NCBI GenBank assembly: GCA_051962455.1
Contig: JBQCCG010000274.1
Span: forward strand, 1,465 to 65,464
DNA: 64,000 nt
From: Sphingomicrobium sp.
Lineage (GTDB): Bacteria > Pseudomonadota > Alphaproteobacteria > Sphingomonadales > Sphingomonadaceae
Reading direction: 5' to 3'
Every line of letters starts with the position of its first letter. Positions within the stretch are counted from its first letter, which is position 1. The position numbers and the translations under genes are program-made. Shown piece after piece: positions 55,667 to 64,000 of this stretch. The notes below the pieces were generated by a model. It was not told the DNA's origin and did not search any database. It saw only the letters and a list, made by a program, of their open reading frames with translations.

Positions 55667-57601
55667 CTAAATCTGAAGTTGGCTGCCCAGCTCGACCACG
55701 CGGTTGGTCGGCAGTCGGAAGAACTCCATCGCGCTTTCCGAGCTCTTGAGCATCAGCGCGAACAATTTCTCTCGCCATAACGCCATGCCCGGCCGCTTCT
55801 TCGAGGCAATCAGCTTCTGCCGCCCGAGGAAGAAACTGGTGCTCATCATGTTGAATGGCTCGCCGCAGGTCTTGATCAGGGCGAGGTCGCGGGGAATGTC
55901 GACCTCCTCCATGAAGCCATAATGGAGAACGACGCGGTAAAATCCCTGACCCGCCTCGTGTACCTCGACGCGCCGCTCCGCCGTGACGTGCGGGACATCC
56001 TCCACTTTGACGTTGAGGATCAGCACGCGCTCGTGGAGCACCTGATTGTGCTTCAGATTGTGGAGCAGGGCGGCAGGGACCACGTCCGAGGAGGTCGAAA
56101 GAAATACGGAGGTCCCGCGAACACGGTGAACGGATGTCGCTGCCGATTTTATGAAGACTGGCAGCGGAAGGGCCGACTCTGACAGCCGTTGGCGCATCAG
56201 CTGGCGGCCCTTCGCCCAGGTCGTCAGAAGCGTGAAGATAATAAGACCGACGAGGATCGGGAACCAAGCGCCTTCGAAGAGCTTCATGAGGCCGGAGGTC
56301 AGAAATAGAACATCGACGGTCACGAATACCGCAAAGCCGACACCAGCCTGCCACAGCGGCGCTCGCCAGATACGAAAGATGACCACATACTGCATCAGCG
56401 TCGTGATGAGCATCGTGCCGACGACCGCGAGGCCATAGGCCGGCAGCATGTTGGCCGAGTGACGGAAGGCGATCACCAACAACGCGACCATGATCGCGAG
56501 CACCCAATTCACGCTGGGCACGTAAATTTGACCCCGTGCTCGCAAGGAGGTGTGCGTAATGCGCAGCCTCGGAATAAATCCGAGCTGGATCGCCTGCTGG
56601 GTGACCGAATAGGCGCCGGAGATCACCGCCTGGCTCGCGATGATCGTCGCCAGCGTCGCGATAATGAGCAATGGGATCGTGAGAGTCGGCGGAACCATGT
56701 GGAAAAATGGATTGTCGACGAATTCCGGGTGCTGAATGAGCATCGCCGCCTGGCCCATATAGTTGAGCAGGAGCGCGGGCATGACGATGTACAACCACGA
56801 AAGCGTGATCGGTCTCCGGCCGAAATGGCCCATGTCGGCGTAGAGCGCCTCGGTCCCCGTAATCGCGTAGACTACTGCGCCGAGCGACAAGAATGAGTAG
56901 ATCGGGTGTGCAGCGAAGAACCCCCAGATGTAGGTCGGGCTGAGGGCCTGCAGCACTTGCGGATGCCCCAGGATCTGATGACAGCCCATCGTTGCAATCG
57001 CGGCGAAATACAGCAGCATCACTGGCCCGAACATCTTACCAACGCGGTCCGTGCCGTTGCGCTGAATGGCGAACAGGCTGACTAGGATCGTGAGCGCGAT
57101 CCACACGATGTACGGCTGGAACGATGCGCTGACGACGCCGAGGCCTTCGACCGCCGAAATGACAGAGATTGCTGGCGTCAGCATCGCGTCCGCAAAGAAC
57201 AATGCGGTCGCGAACAGCGCGCCGATCAGGAGCCAGCGCTGCGGCGCCTTCGCGCCAAGCCGGCGCTGGATCAGCGCGTATAGCGCGAGGCTTCCTCCTT
57301 CGCCGTTATTGTCGCAGCGCATGACGATGAAGACATATTTGATCGTTACTACGAAAACGAACGACCAGAAGATCAGGCTGACCAGCCCGTAGAGGTCAGT
57401 GATGTTGACGCCGAGATGATAGCGAGGGTCCATCGTCGCCTGTAGGGCGTAGAGCGGCGAGGTTCCTATATCGCCATACACAACGCCGATTGCCCCCAGC
57501 ATCAGCTTCGGGAGCGCTTCCTTAGGCCCGTGATGCGGCGGAGCCTCGCTCCCGGCTGCTAGCAAATTGTCGGCGGTGATGACGTCGTTCACCCGCGCCA
57601 T
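55667..57601 (-). CDS. kup: KUP/HAK/KT potassium transporter
   Basis: GVVYGDIGTSPLY, DNNGEGG, LTPAISVISAVEG, GTEALYADMGHF, GQIYVPSVN and HYGFME. Confidence 0.95.
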   Translation of the reverse strand: MARVNDVITADNLLAAGSEAPPHHGPKEALPKLMLGAIGVVYGDIGTSPLYALQATMDPRYHLGVNITDLYGLVSLIFWSFVFVVTIKYVFIVMRCDNNGEGGSLALYALIQRRLGAKAPQRWLLIGALFATALFFADAMLTPAISVISAVEGLGVVSASFQPYIVWIALTILVSLFAIQRNGTDRVGKMFGPVMLLYFAAIATMGCHQILGHPQVLQALSPTYIWGFFAAHPIYSFLSLGAVVYAITGTEALYADMGHFGRRPITLSWLYIVMPALLLNYMGQAAMLIQHPEFVDNPFFHMVPPTLTIPLLIIATLATIIASQAVISGAYSVTQQAIQLGFIPRLRITHTSLRARGQIYVPSVNWVLAIMVALLVIAFRHSANMLPAYGLAVVGTMLITTLMQYVVIFRIWRAPLWQAGVGFAVFVTVDVLFLTSGLMKLFEGAWFPILVGLIIFTLLTTWAKGRQLMRQRLSESALPLPVFIKSAATSVHRVRGTSVFLSTSSDVVPAALLHNLKHNQVLHERVLILNVKVEDVPHVTAERRVEVHEAGQGFYRVVLHYGFMEEVDIPRDLALIKTCGEPFNMMSTSFFLGRQKLIASKKRPGMALWREKLFALMLKSSESAMEFFRLPTNRVVELGSQLQI

Positions 57602-57718
57602 GTGCGGCTGCTGGTCATAAAGATTCCATGTGGATTGGCTAAACGGTAGATGACCTGTCCGTTAAATGCCGACGCCGCACTCTCGACGCGCGCAAGGCTC
57701 GGGAGCACTTATGCAGCC

Positions 57719-59242
57719 ATGACGGACCTCGTCAGCCAGAGCGAAGAAGTGCGGACCGCCCGAATAGAGACCTATGTGGGCGCGATCGCGATGGTCGCGG
57801 TCTCGACGCTCCTCGGTATTTGGATCGCGCCGCGCTGGGGCACCGCGCCGGTCGACATGATCTACCTGCCCGCCGTGCTCGCAGCCGCGGCCCTCTGGGG
57901 ACTTGGACCGGGTGCAGTTGCAGGTGTTGCCGCGGCGGTTGCTTACAATTTCTTCTTCAACGAACCCGTACACACGCTGAGAATGAACCGGCTGACCGAT
58001 GTGGTCACCGTTCTCGTTCTGCTCATCGTGGCGCTGGTCACCAGCAAGCTCGCCTCGGGAATTCGCGACCAAGCTCGTCTCGCCGCAAGCCATGCAGCTC
58101 GCAATGCCACCGTCGCGGGATTCGCAGGCAAGCTCCTGCCGTCGAGCACCGAGGAGGAGATAGCAGGCACGGCATGCACCGAACTTCGCCGGCTGTTCGC
58201 TTGCAACGCCCTGCTGGTCTCTGGACTTCCGCAGCCGCGGATCGTGGCCGCGGTTCCGGAAGGGAACCGACTCACGCCAAGCGACATTGCGGCGGCAGCA
58301 CTGGCGCTCGAATCAGGGCAATCGGCGGGCCGCGGAACGCCGCGCATCCAGCCGGCCGAGTGGGTGTTCTATCCAATCCGCTCCGGCGCGGCCGTGCTCG
58401 CCGCGGCGGGGCTTGCCCGCGATGACGGTGTTCCACCGGTCAGCGATGCGGACCTTCCGCTGCTGGGTAATTTGCTCGATCAGGTCTCGCTCGCGCTGGA
58501 GCGGGCGCGCGCCGAAGCCGACAGGCGGGAGGTGATCACGCTACGCGAGCGCGACCGGCTCCGCTCGGCTCTCCTCTCGTCGGTAGGTCACGATCTCAGG
58601 ACCCCGCTCACTGCGATCCTGGGCGCGGCCGCCGAGCTCCGGCGAGGGAAGGCGAAGGACCCGCAGCTCCTGGCGACGATCGAAGGCGAGGCAGGCAAAC
58701 TCGAGCGCTACATCTCCAACCTGCTCGACATGGCGCGAATCGAATCGGGGTCCGTCAATCTCAAGATGGAGCCTGTCGACCTCGTCGATGTGGTCTCCGC
58801 GGCACTCAAGGATGTGCGGCCAGCGCTGGGATCGCGTGAAGTCGCGGTCCACCTTCCGGCGGACCTGCCACTAGTCCGCGGCGATCCGCAACTGTTGCAC
58901 CATTGCCTGATCAACCTCATCGACAATGCCGCGAGATATTCGGGTGAAGGCGGCAGCATCGGTATCGCCGCCGTTCAGGCTGATGGGGAAATGAGGCTGA
59001 CGATCGAAGACGAAGGCCCGGGATTGCCGGTCGATCGCGAGCGCTCGCTCGACGCTTTCACTCGAATCGAGGGGTCGGACCGGAAAGGCGGTGCCGGCCT
59101 TGGCCTTGCAATCGTCAAGGCGTTCGCCGAGGCGATGGGCGCGGGCGTCGTCGCCGGAAACCGGAGCGGCGGACCGGGTGCGAGCTTCACGCTCAGATTC
59201 CCCGCGGCGTTGCTCGTCGAGGAACCAGCGAATGCCGGCTAG
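57719..59242 (+). CDS. KdpD-like sensor kinase (DUF4118 TM domain, GAF-like, HK) lacking the N-terminal KdpD/Usp domains
   Basis: YNFFFNEPVHTL, LLSSVGHDLRTPL, NLLDMARIESG, NLIDNAARY and GAGLGLAI. Confidence 0.85.
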   Translation: MTDLVSQSEEVRTARIETYVGAIAMVAVSTLLGIWIAPRWGTAPVDMIYLPAVLAAAALWGLGPGAVAGVAAAVAYNFFFNEPVHTLRMNRLTDVVTVLVLLIVALVTSKLASGIRDQARLAASHAARNATVAGFAGKLLPSSTEEEIAGTACTELRRLFACNALLVSGLPQPRIVAAVPEGNRLTPSDIAAAALALESGQSAGRGTPRIQPAEWVFYPIRSGAAVLAAAGLARDDGVPPVSDADLPLLGNLLDQVSLALERARAEADRREVITLRERDRLRSALLSSVGHDLRTPLTAILGAAAELRRGKAKDPQLLATIEGEAGKLERYISNLLDMARIESGSVNLKMEPVDLVDVVSAALKDVRPALGSREVAVHLPADLPLVRGDPQLLHHCLINLIDNAARYSGEGGSIGIAAVQADGEMRLTIEDEGPGLPVDRERSLDAFTRIEGSDRKGGAGLGLAIVKAFAEAMGAGVVAGNRSGGPGASFTLRFPAALLVEEPANAG

Positions 59243-59924
59243 CCCGATCAAAATCCTCGTGGTCGACGACGAACCGCAGATCCGCACCTTGCTGAAAGTG
59301 ACGCTCGGCCGTGCGGGTTATGCCGTCGCTGAGGCGGCTGATGCACGTCAGGCGCTGAACGCCAAGTCCATCGACAAACCGGACCTCGTGCTGCTCGATC
59401 TCGGCCTGCCGGACCGCGACGGTCTGGAGCTTGTCCAGTCGCTTCGCGCTGAACCGCGCTCTGCGCTGATCGTCATTTCGGCGCGCGACCAGACCGAGCA
59501 GAAGGTGGCGGCACTCGACCTCGGCGCGGACGACTATCTCACCAAGCCGTTCGACACAGAGGAGTTGCTTGCCCGAGTGCGTGCTTCGCTGCGGCAGCGG
59601 CTCGCGTCCGAAGCCGAGCGCCAGGTCGTCGAGGCCGGACCGGTCACGATCGACCTGCTCGCGCGGAGCGTCCGCCGGAACGGCGTCGAGGTCCACGTGA
59701 CGCCAAAGGAGTGGAACCTGCTTGCAGAACTGTCCAAGCACCCCGGACGTGTGCTCACCCATGAGATGCTGCTTCGCTCGGTCTGGGGGCCGGCGCATGT
59801 GGGCCAGACCGAATATCTACGGGTCGCGATCCGATCGCTCAGGCAGAAACTGGAGGAAGAGCCGGCGCAGCCCAAGCTGATCGTCAATGAACCGGGCGTG
59901 GGGTACCGGCTGCTCGCCGGCTGA
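59232..59924 (+). CDS. kdpE: KdpE-like OmpR-family response regulator
   Basis: VVDDEPQIR, LDLGLPDRDG, KVAALDLGADDYLTKPF, VWGPAH, YLRVAIRSLRQKLE and NEPGVGYR. Confidence 0.85.
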   Translation: MPASPIKILVVDDEPQIRTLLKVTLGRAGYAVAEAADARQALNAKSIDKPDLVLLDLGLPDRDGLELVQSLRAEPRSALIVISARDQTEQKVAALDLGADDYLTKPFDTEELLARVRASLRQRLASEAERQVVEAGPVTIDLLARSVRRNGVEVHVTPKEWNLLAELSKHPGRVLTHEMLLRSVWGPAHVGQTEYLRVAIRSLRQKLEEEPAQPKLIVNEPGVGYRLLAG

Positions 59925-60554
59925 CTATTTCGCCTTCTTCGGCTTCGCTTCGTCGGGCCCATAGATTTTGAGGAACGCATCGGTCGCCTGCGTGGCGATC
60001 TTCTTCACGTCCACGTCCTCCGGGCCGGAGATCGCGCCGATCAGGCGCCGTTCGAACAGGTCCTGATCGTTAAGCCCCTTCCAGTGCATCAGCACCGTCC
60101 AGGGGTCGGCGCGCTTCAGCCGGCCTTGATCCATCAGCAGCTCGATCTGCTTCGCGATGTCTTCGAAATGCGGCCTTATGATCGTCTCGTAGAACTCCTT
60201 GCCCATGGTCGAGCCCGGCGGCTGGTTGACGATGGCGCGGATGTTCGCGACCGGCAAAGAGGAGAGGCGCTTGTTGTGATAAGCGATGCCGAGCTTGATC
60301 AGGCCGTCGCGCAGGTCCTCCTCCTCGACCAGTTCGTGCATGATGCGGTCGAACTCGGTCGCGATTTCGCACTGGATGACCGCCCGCAGCAGGCACTCCT
60401 TGGACGGGAAATAGCCGTAGAGCGTCGCCTTCGAGCCGCCGAGTCGCTCCGACAGCGCGGCCATCGAGCAGCGATCGTAGCCGTGCTCCTGAAATAGCTC
60501 GGCGGCAATGCGAACGATCTCGTCGCGCTTTTCTTCGGTCCGGACCCGGCCCAC
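59925..60554 (-). CDS. TetR/AcrR family transcriptional regulator
   Basis: AAELFQEHGY and GGSKATLYGYFPSK HTH, divergent from the efflux operon. Confidence 0.92.
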   Translation of the reverse strand: MGRVRTEEKRDEIVRIAAELFQEHGYDRCSMAALSERLGGSKATLYGYFPSKECLLRAVIQCEIATEFDRIMHELVEEEDLRDGLIKLGIAYHNKRLSSLPVANIRAIVNQPPGSTMGKEFYETIIRPHFEDIAKQIELLMDQGRLKRADPWTVLMHWKGLNDQDLFERRLIGAISGPEDVDVKKIATQATDAFLKIYGPDEAKPKKAK

Positions 60555-60579
60555 GCTTAGCTAACTCCCTGAAATTTAA

Positions 60580-60650
60580 TAACTGTACATGCCAGTTCAG
60601 TTATGCGTTGACAAGACTCGACTCGATAACTAAACCGTACGGTACAGTTA
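60580..60650. promoter_or_regulatory. Two 24-bp palindromic TetR operator candidates flanking a TTGACA promoter
   Basis: TAACTGTACATG|CCAGTTCAGTTA (60580-60603) and TAACTAAACCGT|ACGGTACAGTTA (60627-60650), with TTGACA at 60608-60613. Confidence 0.7.
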
Positions 60651-60691
60651 CACCAACGCGCACGCCGCGTCAAAAAAGGGACGACACCGAA

Positions 60692-62164
60692 ATGAACCGC
60701 CTCCGGGCAACGCGGCTTGGCCGCGCAGGCCTCCTATTGCCTATGCTCCTGGCGACCGCCTGCGCGGCGGCGCCGGACCTCGGCGGCAAGCCGGTTCCCG
60801 CCGCCGCGAGCAGCTACGCCTCCGCGCAGTCGCTGAGCGGCGCGCAATCCGCGTGGCCGTCCGATTGCTGGTGGAAAGCCTATCGCGACCCCCAGCTCGA
60901 CTCGCTGATGGGCGTGGGCCTCGCCGGCTCGCCCGACCTCGCGGCCGCGGTCGCTCGCTTCCGCACCGCCCAAGGCTATGCGCAGCAGGCCGGCGCAGCG
61001 CTGCTTCCGAGCGTGGACGCGGTCGGTTCGGTCGACGAGCAGAAGCAGAGCTACAATCTCGGCGCGCCCGTCCCGCACGGCTGGCATGCGACCGGCACCG
61101 CAGCGCTCAGCTTCAACTTCGATCTCGACCTGTTCGGCAAGAATCGCGCTGCCCTGCGCGCGGCGAACAAGGACGCCGATGCGGCTCGCTTCGACGTCGA
61201 GGAATCGCGTCTCCTGCTGACGACCGGGATTGCATCGACTTACGCCGATCTCGCTTCGCTTTATGCGCAACGCGACAATCTCGAAGCCGCGCTCGATATC
61301 CGCTCGCAGACTCTGAAGTACGTCAAGGCGCGCTACGACGCCGGGCTCGAGACCATCGATTCCGTCCGCCAGGCCGAAGCGCGCATCCCCGAGACCCGCA
61401 GCCAGATCGCCGCCACCGACGAAGCCATCATGCTCGACAAGCACGCGCTTGCCGCGCTGGTCGGTCAGGGACCCGATCGCGCGCTGTCGATCGGCCGCCC
61501 GGCGACCGGTTCGCTTCAGGCGCAGGGTATCCCCGCCGACGCCTCAATCAACCTCATCGGCCGCCGCCCGGACGTCGCCGCGGCACGTAGCCGCGTCGAA
61601 GCCGCCGCCGAGCGGATCAAGGAAGCGCGCGCTGCTTTCTACCCCGACATCAATATTGGAGCGCTGCTCGGCTTCCAGTCGCTCGGCTTGGGCAGCCTGT
61701 TCGCCAGCGGCTCCCACTTTGCGAGTGCGAGCCCCGCCGTGACCTTGCCCCTGTTCCACGGCGGCGCGCTCCAGGGCCAGTACCGCGGCCGCCGCGGTGA
61801 GTATGATCAGGCCGTCGCTGTTTACGACGGCCAGGTCGTGCAGGCGCTGCGCGAGACCGCCGACACGCTGACGAGCGAGAAACAGCTCGATGTGCGTCTT
61901 TCCGAATCGCGCAGCGCTCTGGCCGCCTATGAAGACGCCTTGCGCGTCGCCCGCGGCCGCTACGAGCAGGGCCTCACCACTTACCTGACCGTGCTCACGG
62001 CCGAGGAGAGCGTGGTCAACGCGCGCCTCGCCGTCGCCCAGCTCGAATCCCGCGCCTTCACCCTCGACGTCCAGCTGGTCCGCTCACTCGGGGGTGGCTT
62101 TGCCATCCCCGACGACAAAAGTGGCGGATTCTCGGCCGGACCGCTTGCCCTTTCGGAGAAATAA
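60692..62164 (+). CDS. NodT/TolC-family efflux outer-membrane lipoprotein
   Basis: Lipobox LATA-C, WWKAYRDPQL, DLDLFGK, RRPDVAAA, LPLFHGG and RSLGGGF. Confidence 0.92.
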   Translation: MNRLRATRLGRAGLLLPMLLATACAAAPDLGGKPVPAAASSYASAQSLSGAQSAWPSDCWWKAYRDPQLDSLMGVGLAGSPDLAAAVARFRTAQGYAQQAGAALLPSVDAVGSVDEQKQSYNLGAPVPHGWHATGTAALSFNFDLDLFGKNRAALRAANKDADAARFDVEESRLLLTTGIASTYADLASLYAQRDNLEAALDIRSQTLKYVKARYDAGLETIDSVRQAEARIPETRSQIAATDEAIMLDKHALAALVGQGPDRALSIGRPATGSLQAQGIPADASINLIGRRPDVAAARSRVEAAAERIKEARAAFYPDINIGALLGFQSLGLGSLFASGSHFASASPAVTLPLFHGGALQGQYRGRRGEYDQAVAVYDGQVVQALRETADTLTSEKQLDVRLSESRSALAAYEDALRVARGRYEQGLTTYLTVLTAEESVVNARLAVAQLESRAFTLDVQLVRSLGGGFAIPDDKSGGFSAGPLALSEK

Positions 62165-62166
62165 TC

Positions 62167-63342
62167 ATGGCCGAACGTGATCCCCAGGAAATACTGACGG
62201 CGGAGAGCCGTCCAGTCGAGCCCACCCCGGCGGAAGCCGAGGCTGTCGCGAAGACCGCCGATCCGCGTCGGAAGAAGGTGATGCTCGGCCTCGCCGGCGC
62301 AATCCTCCTCGCCGGCGGCGGTTGGTACATGTTCCACGACACCGGCCACGTCTCGACCGACAACGCCTATGTGAGCGCCGACAGCGCCCAGGTGACCCCG
62401 TTGGTCTCGGCCGCGGTCGCCGACGTGCCGGTCGTGAACACCCAATATGTCCACAAGGGCGACGTGCTGCTTCGCCTCGACGATAGCGACGCTCGCCTCG
62501 CGCTCGAAAAGGCCGAAGCCGCCTATCTGAAAGCGCGACGTGAATATGTGCAGTCGTCGGCGACCAGCGGGTCGCTGGCGGCGCAGGTCGGCGCCCGGCA
62601 GGCTGACATCGGTCAGGCCGAGGCCCAGCTCGTCGCCGCACAATCGGCGGTGGAGAAGGCGAAGGCCGACCTCGACCGCCGCGAGCATCTCGCTGGCGAC
62701 GGCTACGTCAGCAAGGAAGAGCTGACCAGCTACCGCAACGCTTTCGTCTCCGCTCAGGCCAGCGTCCGCGAAGCCCAGGCGGCGGTCGCGCAGGCTCAGG
62801 CTAGCCGCGGCGCGGCGCAGCAGAGCTATGCCGCCAACCAGGCGCTGATCGCCGGCACCTCGATCGACACCAACCCCGATGTCGCCGCCGCGAAGGCAGC
62901 ACTCGATCAGGCTCGCCTCGATCTCCAGCGGACGGTGATCCGCGCTCCGATCGACGGCGTGGTCACCAACCGGCAAGTCCAGGTCGGCCAGCGGATCGCC
63001 GCCGGCAATCCGGTGATGACCATCGTCCCCGTCGGATCGGTTTACGTCGATGCCAACTTCAAGGAGGGCCAGCTCTCCCGAGTCCGTCCAGGGCAGCCGG
63101 CCGAGCTGACCAGCGACCTCTACGGCGGCAAGACCGTCTTCCACGGCCGAGTGATGGGATTCGCCGGCGGCACCGGCTCGGCCTTCGCTTTAATCCCGGC
63201 GCAGAACGCGACCGGCAACTGGATCAAGGTGGTGCAGCGGTTGCCGGTGCGGATCGCGCTCGATCCAAAGGAGCTGGCGGCCCACCCGCTGCGGGTCGGC
63301 CTGTCGATGGAAGCGACCATCGACGTGTCGGACAAGAACTGA
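62167..63342 (+). CDS. emrA: EmrA/HlyD family membrane fusion protein
   Basis: STDNAYV, IRAPIDGVV, VDANFKEGQL and NATGNWIKVVQRLPVRI. Confidence 0.92.
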   Translation: MAERDPQEILTAESRPVEPTPAEAEAVAKTADPRRKKVMLGLAGAILLAGGGWYMFHDTGHVSTDNAYVSADSAQVTPLVSAAVADVPVVNTQYVHKGDVLLRLDDSDARLALEKAEAAYLKARREYVQSSATSGSLAAQVGARQADIGQAEAQLVAAQSAVEKAKADLDRREHLAGDGYVSKEELTSYRNAFVSAQASVREAQAAVAQAQASRGAAQQSYAANQALIAGTSIDTNPDVAAAKAALDQARLDLQRTVIRAPIDGVVTNRQVQVGQRIAAGNPVMTIVPVGSVYVDANFKEGQLSRVRPGQPAELTSDLYGGKTVFHGRVMGFAGGTGSAFALIPAQNATGNWIKVVQRLPVRIALDPKELAAHPLRVGLSMEATIDVSDKN

Positions 63343-64000
63343 TGGCGACCGCCGCCCCAGCTCCGGCGCCGAGCGTGATGCCGTGGAGCACGGTGCTGCT
63401 CGCGGGGCTCGTGCTCGCGCTCAGCAACTTCATGGTCGTGCTCGACATCACCATCGCCAATGTCTCGGTCCCGCACATCGCGGGCGGCCTCGGAATCTCG
63501 CCGAGCGAGGGCACGTGGGTGATCACCTCCTACGCCGTCGCCGAAGCGATCTGCGTCCCGCTCACCGGCTGGCTCGCCAAGCGGTTCGGCGAAGTGAAGG
63601 TGTTCGTCGCCGGAATGGTCGGCTTCGGCCTCTTCTCCTTCCTGTGCGGCACCGCCCCCACATTGGGAGCGCTGGTTGCATTCCGCATCGGCCAGGGCCT
63701 CGCCGGCGGGCCGATCATGCCGATCAGCCAGACGCTGCTGCTGCGCATCTTCCCCAAGGACAAGCATGCGATGGCGATGGGCATCTGGTCGATGACCACC
63801 ATCACCGCGCCGATCTTCGGCCCGATCCTCGGCGGAGTGATCAGCGACAATTGGGGCTGGAACTGGATCTTCTTCATCAACGTGCCGATCGGCATGGCCT
63901 GTTCGCTTGCCGCCATCGCGCTGCTCCGCAAGGCGGAGTCGAAGACCGAGCGGATGCGCGTCGACGTCGTCGGTCTCGGATTGCTGGTCGCCGCGGTCGG
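63342..64000 (+). CDS. emrB: EmrB/QacA DHA2-family MFS efflux permease, 3'-truncated by the window edge
   Basis: Hand translation from ATG 63342 gives NFMVVLDITIANVSVPHIAGGLG, WVITSYAVAEAI and GPILGG. It is missing from the ORF track because there is no stop in the window. Confidence 0.92.
   Translation, partial: MATAAPAPAPSVMPWSTVLLAGLVLALSNFMVVLDITIANVSVPHIAGGLGISPSEGTWVITSYAVAEAICVPLTGWLAKRFGEVKVFVAGMVGFGLFSFLCGTAPTLGALVAFRIGQGLAGGPIMPISQTLLLRIFPKDKHAMAMGIWSMTTITAPIFGPILGGVISDNWGWNWIFFINVPIGMACSLAAIALLRKAESKTERMRVDVVGLGLLVAAV

Noticed and set aside
1-64000. tRNA, rRNA, integrase, transposase or prophage genes
   Set aside because: None was recognised in the intergenic regions or ORFs by eye; a covariance-model scan (tRNAscan-SE, Infernal/Rfam) would be needed to exclude small RNAs.

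Overview
High-GC alphaproteobacterial chromosomal DNA. Gene content and PEPxxWA-CTERM proteins suggest Sphingomonadaceae; this is an inference, not a database hit. Most of the window is housekeeping or metabolic: purK, M16 peptidase, hppD, thiolase plus paaD, a De Ley-Doudoroff galactose cluster, pyrC, acnA, corA, fumC, sspB, queG, phoR-phoB-pstSCAB-phoU with a second pstS and a porin, a block of signalling genes, kup with a KdpDE-like pair, and a TetR-controlled EmrAB-type efflux operon cut by the window end. I saw no rRNA, tRNA, CRISPR array, transposase or prophage gene. The strongest unannotated signal is at 5071-5297. A sigma70-like promoter is followed by a 38-codon ORF with 5 Trp codons (WWRW...WRW), an antiterminator arm and a perfect intrinsic terminator. 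This looks like a tryptophan-sensing transcription attenuator, but it sits in front of a TonB-dependent receptor and a secreted YtcJ-like amidohydrolase rather than trp biosynthesis genes. It suggests a Trp-starvation-induced scavenging system. Other points are a tandem array of three 178-aa mosaic PEP-CTERM paralogs, an orphan paaD, a KdpDE-like pair divergent from kup, and four intergenic palindromic elements. Three genes carry a single in-frame stop (TAA, TGA, TAG) and one probable start reads ATC, so the sequence may contain substitution errors and pseudogene calls are provisional.
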